Positions 9,001 through 18,731 of a stretch of 64,000 bases of DNA are shown here, one piece after another. The stretch is taken from the NCBI RefSeq assembly GCF_041751335.1, contig NZ_JBGSXS010000138.1, forward strand, positions 6,505-70,504, in the 5' to 3' direction. The DNA is from Aquiflexum sp. (GTDB lineage Bacteria > Bacteroidota > Bacteroidia > Cytophagales > Cyclobacteriaceae). Positions within the stretch are counted from its first letter, which is position 1. Each line of letters opens with the position of its first letter. A model generated the notes under the pieces. That model had not been told where the DNA came from and did no database searches. It was given only the letters and a program-made list of their open reading frames with translations. The translations under genes and the position numbers were made by a program.

Positions 9001-10403
9001 TCAAAACAAATTCACTGGCTGAATTGCAGACCAGTAAAGATCTTTGGATAAAAGAACTCAGGCTTTTTAGACCAGACCTCGAATTTTTTATTGACCAAGA
9101 AAAACCTGTAAATGTAAGGAAAGAAGAAAAATCAACTGAAAAAGGAATTCTAGAAAGTTTAAGAATTGATGAATTTGAAATTGTTGAAGGGGACTTTGCT
9201 ATTTTTGATAAAAACTCATCAAAAGCACCTCAAGAATTTAAATCAATCAATTTTGGACTTGAGAAGTTACAATTTGACCTTATAGATCTCAGTAGATTGA
9301 ACAGAAAAGAATTACTCAAAAAAGATTTTCAACTGACTCTCCCAAACTATGAAATCCTCCTTAAAGACAGTTTGAACAAAGTAAAAATCGGTCTGATTTC
9401 ATTAACTAATAATGAAATAAAACTCACCAATGTTGAATTTATACCCAGGTATGGTAGGTATCAGTATAGCAGGATGGTAGGAATGCAGACTGATGTAGCC
9501 AATATCCACATTCCAGTCATCATAATAGATGGAGCTGACCTTGATGGTTTTTTGGAAAATGAAACCATTGTTGCCAAATCAATCAGAATTAGCGATATCA
9601 AGGCTGATCTTTTCAGAGATAAAAGATTCCCTAAAAAGCAGGATGTTTTCAAGGCTATGCCGCAGGAATTAATGAAAAAGGCAGGAGTTCAGTTATCCCT
9701 AGATTCATTATTTATTGAAAATGCCACCATAAATTATCTTGAATTTCCTGAGAATGGTATGGTCCCAGGAAATATTTCTTTCAGCAATATGAATGTGGCT
9801 TTTTACCCATTCCATCTGACCAAAGAAAATGAACCATTTCCTGTTGAAGAAATTTTTCTTTTGGCCAATGCCAAACTCAATGGTCAGGCTGATCTGAATC
9901 TTCAGGGACAATTGTTTTTTGAAAAACCTTTTCCAATGAAAATCAGTGCTCAAATGGGTGAGTTTGATCTGGAATATTTGAATTCAATTCTTCAATCCAA
10001 TGCATTTTTGCGTGTCACGGAGGGAAAAATCAATGGTGCTGATTGGTCATTTACGGCGGATGAGAAAGAAGCCGTGGGTAGAATGATTTTGTTGTATTCG
10101 GATTTAAAACTGGAATTATTGGATGAAAGGACTCTCGAAAGAGGTACCGGTAGAACAGCCATACTCACTTTCGTTCTCAATACCTTTGCTGTCCGAAGCA
10201 ATAACCCAAGAAGATATCTCAGAAAACCCATCAGCTCCAACATATATGAACTTCGAGATACCGAACGGTTCATTTTTAATTACTTGTGGAGCACAACCCT
10301 TAGTGGGCTAAAAGGTAGCCTTGGACTAGGTCAACCAAAGGTTCCTAAAAGAAGGAAAATGGAAGCTGAAGAGGTGAGAAGGCGGAAAAAAGAGAAAAAA
10401 TAG
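6039..10403 (+). CDS. Large membrane-anchored, beta-rich repeat protein (AsmA/DUF748-like)
   Basis: 1454-aa ORF with one N-terminal TM segment, alternating hydrophobic strands and about six internal repeats. Confidence 0.65.
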   Translation: MENKKKDSVAKNRRYRKYLRIGGILVFVLVFLQTVFYFGSDLLLRNYLKERVNQASDNKYEIDFDRFYILLLQRGISFKGLKINPVEDKFIELVDAPYYKISIPDISLTRLNYLFRKKEFVIGNIDLVNPAVDFRLKKGDSFEPSTDESALLILQEEIKKSFLTTRLKEIRIKNINIKEADVLLKNFIAQKAIKADHTSIYLKDIQLLQMRSPETPFNAEGFSFELQNFEILLSDSVHTIQSSEIKVSSIDQYIEAKRVNITPDFSKASATYFQVELEDLLLSDADINKVFYTSEIEVGELKLQKPSFNLFSGIRPERKEIKLETFDLYNLIEGILQSININHLKIEEGKFTQRATSDPDNYRIKAERIDFNMEDFYVGPNESKKTNQFFYANQASVELFQVDLALGDSLHWIQGEYVRLSSFDDEIKISGFKLFPINENQQPEGKTLLEIEVPELMINNANLKKTYNQGIIDINEIVINNPNILLRDVQGGKNQEGAFDLKKISRDYLEGIYVNRLVIKEGSLVVDNNIRIRQDSLSFGKVSVVLENFALDQETEESDSKGIFWADHLQLELEDYALKLADNLHVFKADRVFIDTKNGQIRINGFALQPFNKSQIQTSVDRYGVSTTLDIFVPQFQATGVDVRKAYFDGILKVQQIRIPSPKINLYRYRPKVGDDSEKMDSGEMLNLLTNYFSEVQVDSLIIQRATLNYENLFGDRTRTFSEDNVSVAVKNFHIYEGINPDAINSLFSDEVDLSLNNYIFNIAGGKYNILADRINFNTAKEEIITRNVRLTPSVGFSDKTRITAVIPSLSFRGVDLEAFLFDNTLNLEMVNLTGSAVEILVNNDWRDTEAQSTRRRARDRTLPKNIEIVMIDTIEASNAQFSLSFRDKGIQRDLINTGINLSVFDFLLDSAKIAKGEIAGFFGGMSLGIDEFWLTLNDSIHQVTFSKVELDTRYEGILVNNFRIIPKNLSGKPGVPVFSGHIPTALIKTNSLAELQTSKDLWIKELRLFRPDLEFFIDQEKPVNVRKEEKSTEKGILESLRIDEFEIVEGDFAIFDKNSSKAPQEFKSINFGLEKLQFDLIDLSRLNRKELLKKDFQLTLPNYEILLKDSLNKVKIGLISLTNNEIKLTNVEFIPRYGRYQYSRMVGMQTDVANIHIPVIIIDGADLDGFLENETIVAKSIRISDIKADLFRDKRFPKKQDVFKAMPQELMKKAGVQLSLDSLFIENATINYLEFPENGMVPGNISFSNMNVAFYPFHLTKENEPFPVEEIFLLANAKLNGQADLNLQGQLFFEKPFPMKISAQMGEFDLEYLNSILQSNAFLRVTEGKINGADWSFTADEKEAVGRMILLYSDLKLELLDERTLERGTGRTAILTFVLNTFAVRSNNPRRYLRKPISSNIYELRDTERFIFNYLWSTTLSGLKGSLGLGQPKVPKRRKMEAEEVRRRKKEKK

Positions 10404-10583
10404 AGATACCTCGGAGGTAGACTAACAAGATATGAAAGGGTTAGAAACAAGAAACAAAGCCTGTCCCGAAAATTAGAGAACCAGGAAGCGAGTGCTTATA
10501 GTTCTGAATGCCCGCGCGAGTGATGAAAGACAAGAAAGAGTTGGGAATACAATAACATGTGCCAAATTTAGATTTTACAAAAA

Positions 10584-10603
10584 AAGCGGCATAAAAGCCG
10601 CTT
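10584..10603 (-). terminator. Terminator of metK
   Basis: AAGCGGC-ATAAAA-GCCGCTT with an A run on its left, which is a T tract on the minus strand. Confidence 0.8.
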
Positions 10604-10606
10604 GAT

Positions 10607-11860
10607 TTAAAGATTGAAAGTTCTCTTTATGGAATCCACATAATCTAACTTTTCCCAGGTAAACAGTTCTACATCAAAAGTCAAGGTCTTGCCATCAGGA
10701 GTTTTGAAAGTTTTGGTGACCACTTCATTTTTCCTTCCCATGTGACCATAGGCGGCAGTTTCCTCATAAATTGGACTTCTAAGTTTCAACCTCTGCTCTA
10801 TGGCGTAGGGTCGCATATCAAAGAGTTTTTCCACTTTTTTGGCAATCTCCCCATCACTTAACTGTACTTTGGATGTTCCATAAGTATTGACATAAATACC
10901 CATAGGCTTGGCCACACCAATGGCATAAGAAACCTGTACCAATATTTCATCGGCGATGCCTGCCGCCACCATATTCTTGGCGATATGCCTCGTAGCATAA
11001 GCAGCTGAACGGTCTACTTTTGAGGGGTCTTTCCCGGAGAATGCACCTCCCCCGTGAGCGCCTTTTCCTCCATAAGTATCTACAATAATTTTTCTACCAG
11101 TTAAACCAGTATCACCATGAGGACCCCCAATTACAAATTTTCCGGTCGGATTAATATGGTAAGTGATTTTATCCGTAAATAATGCTTGGATTTCAGGCTT
11201 CAATTGAGCAACCACCCTCGGAATCAAAAAATTGATCATGTCACTTTTGATCTTAGCCAACATTTCAGGTTCATCGTCAAAATCATCATGTTGTGTAGAT
11301 ACAACAACCGCATCAATTCTTTGGGGGACGTTATCATCTGAATACTCAATAGTAACCTGAGACTTCGCATCCGGCCTGAGATAGGTTATTTCCTTATTTT
11401 CTCTTCTGAGTAGAGCTAATTCTCTCAATATCCTGTGTGAAAGGTCCAAAGCCAAAGGCATATAATTATCAGTTTCCTTTGTGGCATAACCGAACATCAT
11501 TCCTTGGTCTCCGGCACCTTGTTCTTCTGGATTGGACCTGTCCACCCCTTGATTGATATCAGGGGATTGTTCATGGATGGCAGAAAGAATTCCACAGGAG
11601 TTCCCATCAAACATATAGTCACCTTTCGTATAACCAATACGGTTGATCACATCCCTGGCGATTTTCTGTACATCCAGATAGGTCTCGGATTTTACCTCAC
11701 CGGCAAGAATAACCTGTCCTGTGGTAACAAGCGTTTCACAAGCAACTTTTGAACTGGGATCAAAGGCCAAAAAATTGTCAATCAACGCATCTGAAATCTG
11801 GTCGGCGATTTTATCGGGATGACCTTCAGATACTGACTCTGAAGTAAATAAATATGGCAT
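10607..11860 (-). CDS. metK: S-adenosylmethionine synthetase
   Basis: [19 protein letters not shown] and GGGAFSGKD; start reassigned to MPYLFTSES. Confidence 0.98.
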   Translation of the reverse strand: MPYLFTSESVSEGHPDKIADQISDALIDNFLAFDPSSKVACETLVTTGQVILAGEVKSETYLDVQKIARDVINRIGYTKGDYMFDGNSCGILSAIHEQSPDINQGVDRSNPEEQGAGDQGMMFGYATKETDNYMPLALDLSHRILRELALLRRENKEITYLRPDAKSQVTIEYSDDNVPQRIDAVVVSTQHDDFDDEPEMLAKIKSDMINFLIPRVVAQLKPEIQALFTDKITYHINPTGKFVIGGPHGDTGLTGRKIIVDTYGGKGAHGGGAFSGKDPSKVDRSAAYATRHIAKNMVAAGIADEILVQVSYAIGVAKPMGIYVNTYGTSKVQLSDGEIAKKVEKLFDMRPYAIEQRLKLRSPIYEETAAYGHMGRKNEVVTKTFKTPDGKTLTFDVELFTWEKLDYVDSIKRTFNL

Positions 11861-12012
11861 ATAAATAATCGATTTTAACGCATGTTCTAACGGTGCGTAA
11901 AAATAAGGTTTCAAGGGGAAAGAAAAAATTTAATTCATAAACGGTAAATTCGATTCTTTCCAAATTTGGAACTTGATTACTAATACTATATTTTTAATTG
12001 ATGGAATCTCCT

Positions 12013-13461
12013 ATGGTAAAAAAAACTCTAATATTTATTCTAATTGCATTTCTCGCGCTTTTTCAGGAATGCAGGGAAAAGCAAAAAGCTCCTGAAATAA
12101 AATTTGACTTAAAAGGTGAAAGTAAACTCACTTTCAAAAATTTAAGCAATTCACCTGTTCAGGTCAAATTTGAAAAGTGGTCCAGCATTCCGGTGGACTT
12201 TGTTGATATTAATGCTGTAGTGGACCAAGGAGAAAGTTATTCGGTAAACTTGAAAAACCATAGCATGGATTATATCTATTTGGACTTAAACAAAGTAGAC
12301 TTCAATGTTTTTATGCTACCCGGTTCTAATGAAACCATTACTATTTATAAAAATGATTCGATTGATTTCTCTGGTTCTTTGGAAAGTATCAACCAATTTC
12401 TTTATCAAAACTCTAAAAAAGACTTGGGCTTTAACAAGCTTAATCATGTCAGTGCCATGGCAACTCATGGAGAAAAAGAATTTAAGCGATTCATCCAATT
12501 AAGTGACTCGGTTCATCAGGTCCAATTGAAAAACCTCGAATCCAACAAGTCATATTTGCCTGATTGGTATGTAAAGCTGGAAAAGGAAAGATTGGCATAT
12601 AGAAATGTGGCAAATAAAATGAACAGCATATCCTACAGAAAAAGCATGCTCAAAATCGAAGATGAGATTCCTGAGGGGTTTATGGAAGAATTGGCACAAT
12701 CCGTACAATTGGAAAATGAGAAATTTATCGGGGAGTCAAATTATATGCTTTTTTTACATGAATACGCCAATTTTCACAGCCAAAAATTATCGGCTTATAA
12801 AACTGATAGTAGCGATACCAAGCAATCATTTATAATATTGAAAGCGCAAGAAATTGATAAATTGTTTGCTGGTAAAGTTAAAGATGCCTACTTAGCCGAA
12901 CTTTCAAGCATGTTGATTAAGAATGTCAGATCGGAATATGATTCTTTGGTTTTAAATTATTTCACTGATGAGGAATTACGGGATTTAATCAGGGAGTTCT
13001 ATGAATCAAGTGTGACATTGAAGCCTGGGACACAAATGCCCTATTTCTTTCTTGAAAATCAAATGGGAGAAGATGTAGAATCCAAAGACTATCTCGGCAA
13101 CATTTTGCTGATAAATTTTTGGGCAGATTGGTGCAAGCCCTGTATTGAGGAATTTCCCCATGAAAATGCTCTTGTGGAAAAATATAAAGGAAAGCCTGTA
13201 AAATTCCTGAACATCTGCATTGAATCCAAACCGGAAAGGTGGAAGGAATATATCCGCAAATATGATCTTAAAATGGACAATCTCTTTGCTGAGGAGAATT
13301 GGACCCGAAAGCTAAAAAATGATTATGGCATTCTTGGGATTCCGCATTCAGTCCTTATCGACTGGAATGGAAATATTGTGGAAAATAAGACAAGAACTGC
13401 TAGTAGGGGAATAGATAAATTGATTGATGAGTTGTTAGAGGAAATGAAATCACCCTTTTAA
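12013..13461 (+). CDS. TlpA/ResA-like thiol-disulfide oxidoreductase, probable lipoprotein
   Basis: Signal peptide ending in Cys; C-terminal NFWADWCKPC and GIP motifs. Confidence 0.85.
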   Translation: MVKKTLIFILIAFLALFQECREKQKAPEIKFDLKGESKLTFKNLSNSPVQVKFEKWSSIPVDFVDINAVVDQGESYSVNLKNHSMDYIYLDLNKVDFNVFMLPGSNETITIYKNDSIDFSGSLESINQFLYQNSKKDLGFNKLNHVSAMATHGEKEFKRFIQLSDSVHQVQLKNLESNKSYLPDWYVKLEKERLAYRNVANKMNSISYRKSMLKIEDEIPEGFMEELAQSVQLENEKFIGESNYMLFLHEYANFHSQKLSAYKTDSSDTKQSFIILKAQEIDKLFAGKVKDAYLAELSSMLIKNVRSEYDSLVLNYFTDEELRDLIREFYESSVTLKPGTQMPYFFLENQMGEDVESKDYLGNILLINFWADWCKPCIEEFPHENALVEKYKGKPVKFLNICIESKPERWKEYIRKYDLKMDNLFAEENWTRKLKNDYGILGIPHSVLIDWNGNIVENKTRTASRGIDKLIDELLEEMKSPF

Positions 13462-13502
13462 TCCTTACCTTTGTCTTCCATATAACCAATCCCAAAACCC
13501 TC

Positions 13503-14672
13503 ATGAACGAAAGGTATATGCGAAGGGGTGTTTCTGCCTCCAAAGAAGATGTACACCAAGCAATTTCGAAATTAGATAAAGGACTTTTTCCTAAGGCATT
13601 CTGCAAAATAGTTGAAGATACTTTGGGAAATGACCCGGAATTCTGCAATATCATGCATGCAGATGGGGCAGGCACAAAGTCGTCATTGGCTTACATGTAT
13701 TGGAAAGAAACAGGTGATTTAAGTGTATGGAAAGGTATCGCTCAGGATGCCATTATCATGAATATCGATGACCTGCTTTGTGTCGGTGCCATCAACAATA
13801 TACTTGTCTCATCCACGATTGGGAGAAATAAAAACCTGATCCCCGGTGAGGTGATCTCAGCTATTATCAACGGCACAGAAGAAGTCCTGCAAATGCTGAG
13901 AGACCATGGGGTAAATGTAGTCCTAACAGGTGGGGAAACAGCCGATGTCGGTGACCTTGTCAGGACGGTGATTGTGGACAGTACAGTCACATGTCGCATG
14001 AGAAGGGATGATGTGATCTCCAATGAAAAGATCAGGGCCGGTGATGTGGTTGTTGGTCTATCCTCATCAGGCCAGGCCACCTATGAGGATTTTTTCAATG
14101 GAGGAATGGGCAGCAACGGTCTTACCTCAGCCAGACATGACATATTCAGCAAATTACTGAAAACAAAATATCCTGAAAGCTACGACCCAGCGGTACCTGA
14201 TGAGTTGGTATATTCTGGTAAGTACAATTTGACCGACCCAGCTCCAGGTCTACCCGTCGATATGGGTAAACTGGTATTATCCCCAACTAGGACTTATGCA
14301 CCAATAATGGTAGATGTTTTGAAATACCTACGTCCTAAAATCAATGGGATTGTGCATTGTAGTGGTGGAGCGCAGACAAAAGTGCTCCATTTTGTAGACA
14401 ATGTCCATGTCGTAAAAGACAACCTTTTTGAAACTCCTGTGCTTTTCCGAACCATTCAGGAAGAAAGTAAAACCGACTGGAAGGAAATGTATAAAGTATT
14501 CAATATGGGACACCGCATGGAAATATACCTGGAAGAACGATATGCTGAAGAAATCATTGATATAGCCGAAACTTTGGGTGTTGAAGCTAAAATCATCGGA
14601 AGAGTCCTCCCTCATGAAGGTAAAAAAGTAACCGTGCAGGGAAAACACGGCACATTTGAATATGAATCTTGA
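13503..14672 (+). CDS. purM: AIR synthase, Bacteroidota type
   Basis: RGVSASKEDVH, HADGAGTK, GGETAD, GSNGLT and VFNMG. Confidence 0.93.
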   Translation: MNERYMRRGVSASKEDVHQAISKLDKGLFPKAFCKIVEDTLGNDPEFCNIMHADGAGTKSSLAYMYWKETGDLSVWKGIAQDAIIMNIDDLLCVGAINNILVSSTIGRNKNLIPGEVISAIINGTEEVLQMLRDHGVNVVLTGGETADVGDLVRTVIVDSTVTCRMRRDDVISNEKIRAGDVVVGLSSSGQATYEDFFNGGMGSNGLTSARHDIFSKLLKTKYPESYDPAVPDELVYSGKYNLTDPAPGLPVDMGKLVLSPTRTYAPIMVDVLKYLRPKINGIVHCSGGAQTKVLHFVDNVHVVKDNLFETPVLFRTIQEESKTDWKEMYKVFNMGHRMEIYLEERYAEEIIDIAETLGVEAKIIGRVLPHEGKKVTVQGKHGTFEYES

Positions 14673-14808
14673 AGTAAAAGTATTTTAAATTAAAAATAGA
14701 ATCATTGATTTTAACCCAGTTTAAGCATCATAAGTTGAATGGAAAATTCGTGCTTACTTTTTTTCCTCTTTCTTTGGTTTTTGTAACTTTCATAAACTCA
14801 AAATAGTA

Positions 14809-16152
14809 ATGCCCAAATCCATTGCTCATAGAATTTTTAAGGTATTTGCATGGATAGTGGGTATCATTGTTTTTTTGGCTTTGGCTACTTTGACAAGAGT
14901 CGATTGGATGGACTATAAAGAAATGGATTATTACCATGAAACCATGGCCCATTTGGATACCCTCCCTATGCACTCTTCTGAAGGTGCAGCATGGCTGGCC
15001 GGTTGGTCATCTGTAAATGCAACCCCAAATAGTCCAGCAAAACTAGTAGGATACAAACCTCGTGGAAAATACCAATTTGTACAGGACAGCAGCTTTATTA
15101 AAACTTTGGTTTTAGGTAACGGTATATCCAATATCGCTTTTTTAAATTATGAACTGATGATTGTTCATCCTTACCTTCATCAAAAGGTCAATGAAGCTAT
15201 AGAAAAAGAAAATTTACCCCTTGATTACATTTATTTTACAGCTACTCATACGCATAGTGGCATGGGAGGCTATATTCCCGGAATTGTCGGTAAGCTTGCA
15301 TTGGGAGGAAAAGATGAAAAAATAATGAACTTACTGACATCAAAAACCATAGAAAGCCTAAAACATGCTCTCAGCAGTCAAGATTCAGTAAACATATTTT
15401 TTCAAAAGTCCCGGGCAGATTCATTGGTCGCAAATCGACTGGTAGCAGAAGATCCGATAGATCCTTTTGTCCGACAAATGATATTTGAAAAAAAGAACGG
15501 TCAGAAGGCAACCATCCTTACCTTTAGCGCCCATCCTACTATTCTCAATTCAAAGTTTATGGGTTTGTCAGGTGATTATCCACATTACCTAACAAAATTT
15601 ATGGAAGATTCAGGCTATGATTTTTCACTTTTTGCAGCTGGCACTGTCGGCAGTCATAGACCCGTGGCCAATGGAAACTTGGCAGAAAATGTTTTGGAAT
15701 ATGCAAAGGTCCTTCACGAAAATATAGATGGCAACATCGTTTTGACTGAAAAAAATAGCCAAAATAATCTAAAAATGGCTCTCATTCCACTAGCACTTCG
15801 AAAAGCCCATTATCGGATAAGGGAAAAAACCCGTATTCGCCCTTGGATATTCAACTTGGTATTTGGTGATACCAATCCTCATTTTGATTGGGTCCAAATC
15901 GGAAACACTTTATTTATAAGTTCCAGTGGGGAAATTTCAGGAGTATTTATGTCCCAATGGGAATCCATTGCCAATGAAAAAGGTCTTAATCTGATCATCA
16001 CTTGCTTCAACGGAGGATATATAGGATACATTACACCCGACCAATACTACAATTATAAACTCTATGAGGTTAGGGATATGAACTGGTTTGGACCTTATAA
16101 TGGAGCCTATTTTGATGAAATCATTAATAGACTGATTCAAAAAGCAGACTGA
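14809..16152 (+). CDS. Neutral/alkaline ceramidase-like protein
   Basis: ATHTHSG, SAHPT, SGDYP and GYIGYI motifs; N-terminal TM. Confidence 0.7.
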   Translation: MPKSIAHRIFKVFAWIVGIIVFLALATLTRVDWMDYKEMDYYHETMAHLDTLPMHSSEGAAWLAGWSSVNATPNSPAKLVGYKPRGKYQFVQDSSFIKTLVLGNGISNIAFLNYELMIVHPYLHQKVNEAIEKENLPLDYIYFTATHTHSGMGGYIPGIVGKLALGGKDEKIMNLLTSKTIESLKHALSSQDSVNIFFQKSRADSLVANRLVAEDPIDPFVRQMIFEKKNGQKATILTFSAHPTILNSKFMGLSGDYPHYLTKFMEDSGYDFSLFAAGTVGSHRPVANGNLAENVLEYAKVLHENIDGNIVLTEKNSQNNLKMALIPLALRKAHYRIREKTRIRPWIFNLVFGDTNPHFDWVQIGNTLFISSSGEISGVFMSQWESIANEKGLNLIITCFNGGYIGYITPDQYYNYKLYEVRDMNWFGPYNGAYFDEIINRLIQKAD

Positions 16153-16163
16153 AGTTAAGATTG

Positions 16164-17003
16164 TTAAATCAGCAGCAAAACCAATGGTAAGATAAAAACA
16201 GCTTCCAATTTTTGCCGGACAACTGCTACATCTTTGCCAATTGAAGCAAACTGAATAAGGTGGAACAATAGCATCAACAAAAGCAGGCTGGTATGAATTC
16301 TGAAAAAAGATGGTTGCCAAAATAGGATTATTATCAAAAATATAAGACAAAAAACTCCCAAATACCAAATCAAACTAGATATCTGGGTTTTTGTAAATAA
16401 AACTAATATTGATCCAAATTTGTCCCTTTCATCACCCTTTTGATCGATAAATGAGAGTATTAGAAGATTTAAAAAAGCAATAATCAAATAAGCTAACACC
16501 AATAGAAAATAAATCTTTGGATCAAAATCAGGACTTTTTAATATCCATGGAACCAAAGTAATCCCTGAAACATAAAATCCAGCCGTAGAAATTTCTTTTA
16601 GCCATGACGCTTTTTCTCCAAACCATTTCAGGCAACCCATCCAAAGCGCCATCGAAAGGGCTAAAATAATTCCAGGGATAATCGTAAAGTAGATTTCTGA
16701 AAAGAAAATCAAAAGTAAAAACCCAATCAGCATAACAAGTAACCAAGATATTGATATTAATCTAAAATATTTCTGATGAAATTGATGTCTTGGCGAAGTA
16801 GCTTTTTCTTTGGCCAACTTAGCATCAACCAAATGATCCAAAGTATAGATTCCCCAAACAGCGAATCCCAATAGGAAATAAGACAGAAGGGGACAGGAAG
16901 TTTCAAGAATCTCTGAAAAGAAATACATCCCCGCCATCGAACCGAATACCACATCTATTGACAGTAGGTTGAAAAAATACAAGGTTCTAGTAAATGCTTT
17001 CAT
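16164..17003 (-). CDS. Polytopic membrane protein, UbiA prenyltransferase-like
   Basis: IYTLDHLVD and DQKGD acidic motifs; about 8-9 TM helices. Confidence 0.55.
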   Translation of the reverse strand: MKAFTRTLYFFNLLSIDVVFGSMAGMYFFSEILETSCPLLSYFLLGFAVWGIYTLDHLVDAKLAKEKATSPRHQFHQKYFRLISISWLLVMLIGFLLLIFFSEIYFTIIPGIILALSMALWMGCLKWFGEKASWLKEISTAGFYVSGITLVPWILKSPDFDPKIYFLLVLAYLIIAFLNLLILSFIDQKGDERDKFGSILVLFTKTQISSLIWYLGVFCLIFLIIILFWQPSFFRIHTSLLLLMLLFHLIQFASIGKDVAVVRQKLEAVFILPLVLLLI

Positions 17004-17094
17004 CAAGCATAAATATATAGCCAATAAATTTAAAAGCTGAAATGGTTTTTGACTTATGATAATTTATATATTGACATCGTAAAAATCTGATCCT

Positions 17095-17730
17095 ATGAAA
17101 AAACTCCTATTGACACCATTATTGGTTCTAACATTAATTTCTTTTGCATTTCCACAAACCAAAATCAAAGTCGCCTGTGTGGGAAACAGTATAACCCAAG
17201 GACCTGGACGGGAACACCCTGAAAGTTACCCGCTTCAACTTCAGGAGATACTTGGAGAAACTTATGAGGTGAGAAATTTTGGAGTAAGTGGTAGAACATT
17301 ATTAAGAAAAGGGGACTATCCGTACTGGAATGAACCTCAATTTGAAGAGGTAAAGGGTTTTCAGCCTGATATCCTAATCATCAAATTAGGGACGAATGAT
17401 TCAAAATCACAAAATTGGCAATTCAAAGATGAGTTTGTTCAGGATTATATTGACCTGATAAACACATACAAAAAACATATGCCCAAAAAGGGTAAAGTCT
17501 ACATCTGTATTCCTGTTCCAGTTTTCAAAACTAACTATGGAATCACTGAAGATATTTTGGTAAATGAGATGAGACCAATGCTATTGGAAATAGCTAAAAA
17601 GTCTAAATCAAAGGTCATCAACCTTTATAATCCTTTATTGGAACACTCCGACTTATTACCAGATGGCATTCATCCAAATACTGAAGGATTGACCATTATG
17701 GCTACCGAGATTTCAAAAGCCATAAAGTAA
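17095..17730 (+). CDS. Secreted SGNH/GDSL esterase
   Basis: GNSIT, NFGVSG, GTND and DGIHP blocks; signal peptide. Confidence 0.9.
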   Translation: MKKLLLTPLLVLTLISFAFPQTKIKVACVGNSITQGPGREHPESYPLQLQEILGETYEVRNFGVSGRTLLRKGDYPYWNEPQFEEVKGFQPDILIIKLGTNDSKSQNWQFKDEFVQDYIDLINTYKKHMPKKGKVYICIPVPVFKTNYGITEDILVNEMRPMLLEIAKKSKSKVINLYNPLLEHSDLLPDGIHPNTEGLTIMATEISKAIK

Positions 17731-17755
17731 AAAAGCTGCCTATTCGGCAGCTTTT
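17731..17755. terminator. Bidirectional terminator between the esterase gene and atpG
   Basis: AAAAGCTGCC-TATTC-GGCAGCTTTT between convergent genes. Confidence 0.85.
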
Positions 17756-17778
17756 AGGGTTTAATTGTTAGCTATATT

Positions 17779-18651
17779 TTAACTCCCTTCAAGGGCATTT
17801 GCACCAGCAACAATCTCTAGGATTTCATTTGTAATGGCAGCCTGACGAGATCTGTTGTAAAGCAACTTCAATTCTTTCAATAAATCTCCTGCATTTTCTG
17901 TAGCCTTGTCCATAGAGGTCATCCTTGCACCATGTTCAGAGGCATTACTTTCCAAAACTGCTTTGAAGAATTGTGTCTTCAATGCAGTAGGCACTAAATC
18001 CTGAACCACGTATTCTTTGGAAGGTGATAGGATATAATCCGTATTACTTACAGAAGTAGCTTCTGCTGGATTCACCCCCATAGGAAGAAACTGCTCAACT
18101 GTCAAATCCTGTATCGCCACATTTCTGAAATGATTATAAACCATCATCACACGGTCAAACTTCTTGGAAGCAAAACCTTCCATGGCATAAAGTGCAATTT
18201 TACGGACATCATCATAAGCCACGTCAGCAAAAATCCCGTAATAATCGGCATTTACCTGATATCCCTTTTTTGAGAAAAACTCAAAGGCTTTTTTCCCTAA
18301 AGGAAGTATGGTCACGTTTGAATCCTTGAATTTTTTTTCAATCAAATTAACTCCAGCCTTGATGGCATTTGAATTAAAAGCACCACATAGTCCTTTGTCA
18401 GAAGTCATTACAACCACTAGGACATTTTGAACAGGCCTTTGTTCAGCATAAACCACCTCCAATTCATCACCCATACCTGATATCACATCATTAAGGATAA
18501 CAGTGAGTTTTTGGGAATAGGGACGCATTTTAAGAATCCTATCTTGGGCTCTACGAAGCTTTGCTGCCGCTACCATTTTCATGGCACGGGTAATCTGCTG
18601 GGTAGAGGTCACCGAAGTGATTCTTTGTTTTACTTCCTTAAGGTTTGCCAT
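17779..18651 (-). CDS. atpG: ATP synthase F1 gamma subunit
   Basis: ITRAMKMVAAAK, DKGLCG, RQAAITNEILEI. Confidence 0.98.
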   Translation of the reverse strand: MANLKEVKQRITSVTSTQQITRAMKMVAAAKLRRAQDRILKMRPYSQKLTVILNDVISGMGDELEVVYAEQRPVQNVLVVVMTSDKGLCGAFNSNAIKAGVNLIEKKFKDSNVTILPLGKKAFEFFSKKGYQVNADYYGIFADVAYDDVRKIALYAMEGFASKKFDRVMMVYNHFRNVAIQDLTVEQFLPMGVNPAEATSVSNTDYILSPSKEYVVQDLVPTALKTQFFKAVLESNASEHGARMTSMDKATENAGDLLKELKLLYNRSRQAAITNEILEIVAGANALEGS

Positions 18652-18731
18652 AAGATGCTATAGTCAGAAAATAAATATTTTGGAACAGGTCCTGAAAAGT
18701 TTCGGTTTCTCAAGACCTGTTAATTGTTGAA

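Noticed and set aside
11861-11960. SAM riboswitch upstream of metK
   Set aside because: Only a simple hairpin is visible; I could not recognise SAM-I or SAM-II consensus. A cmscan would settle it.
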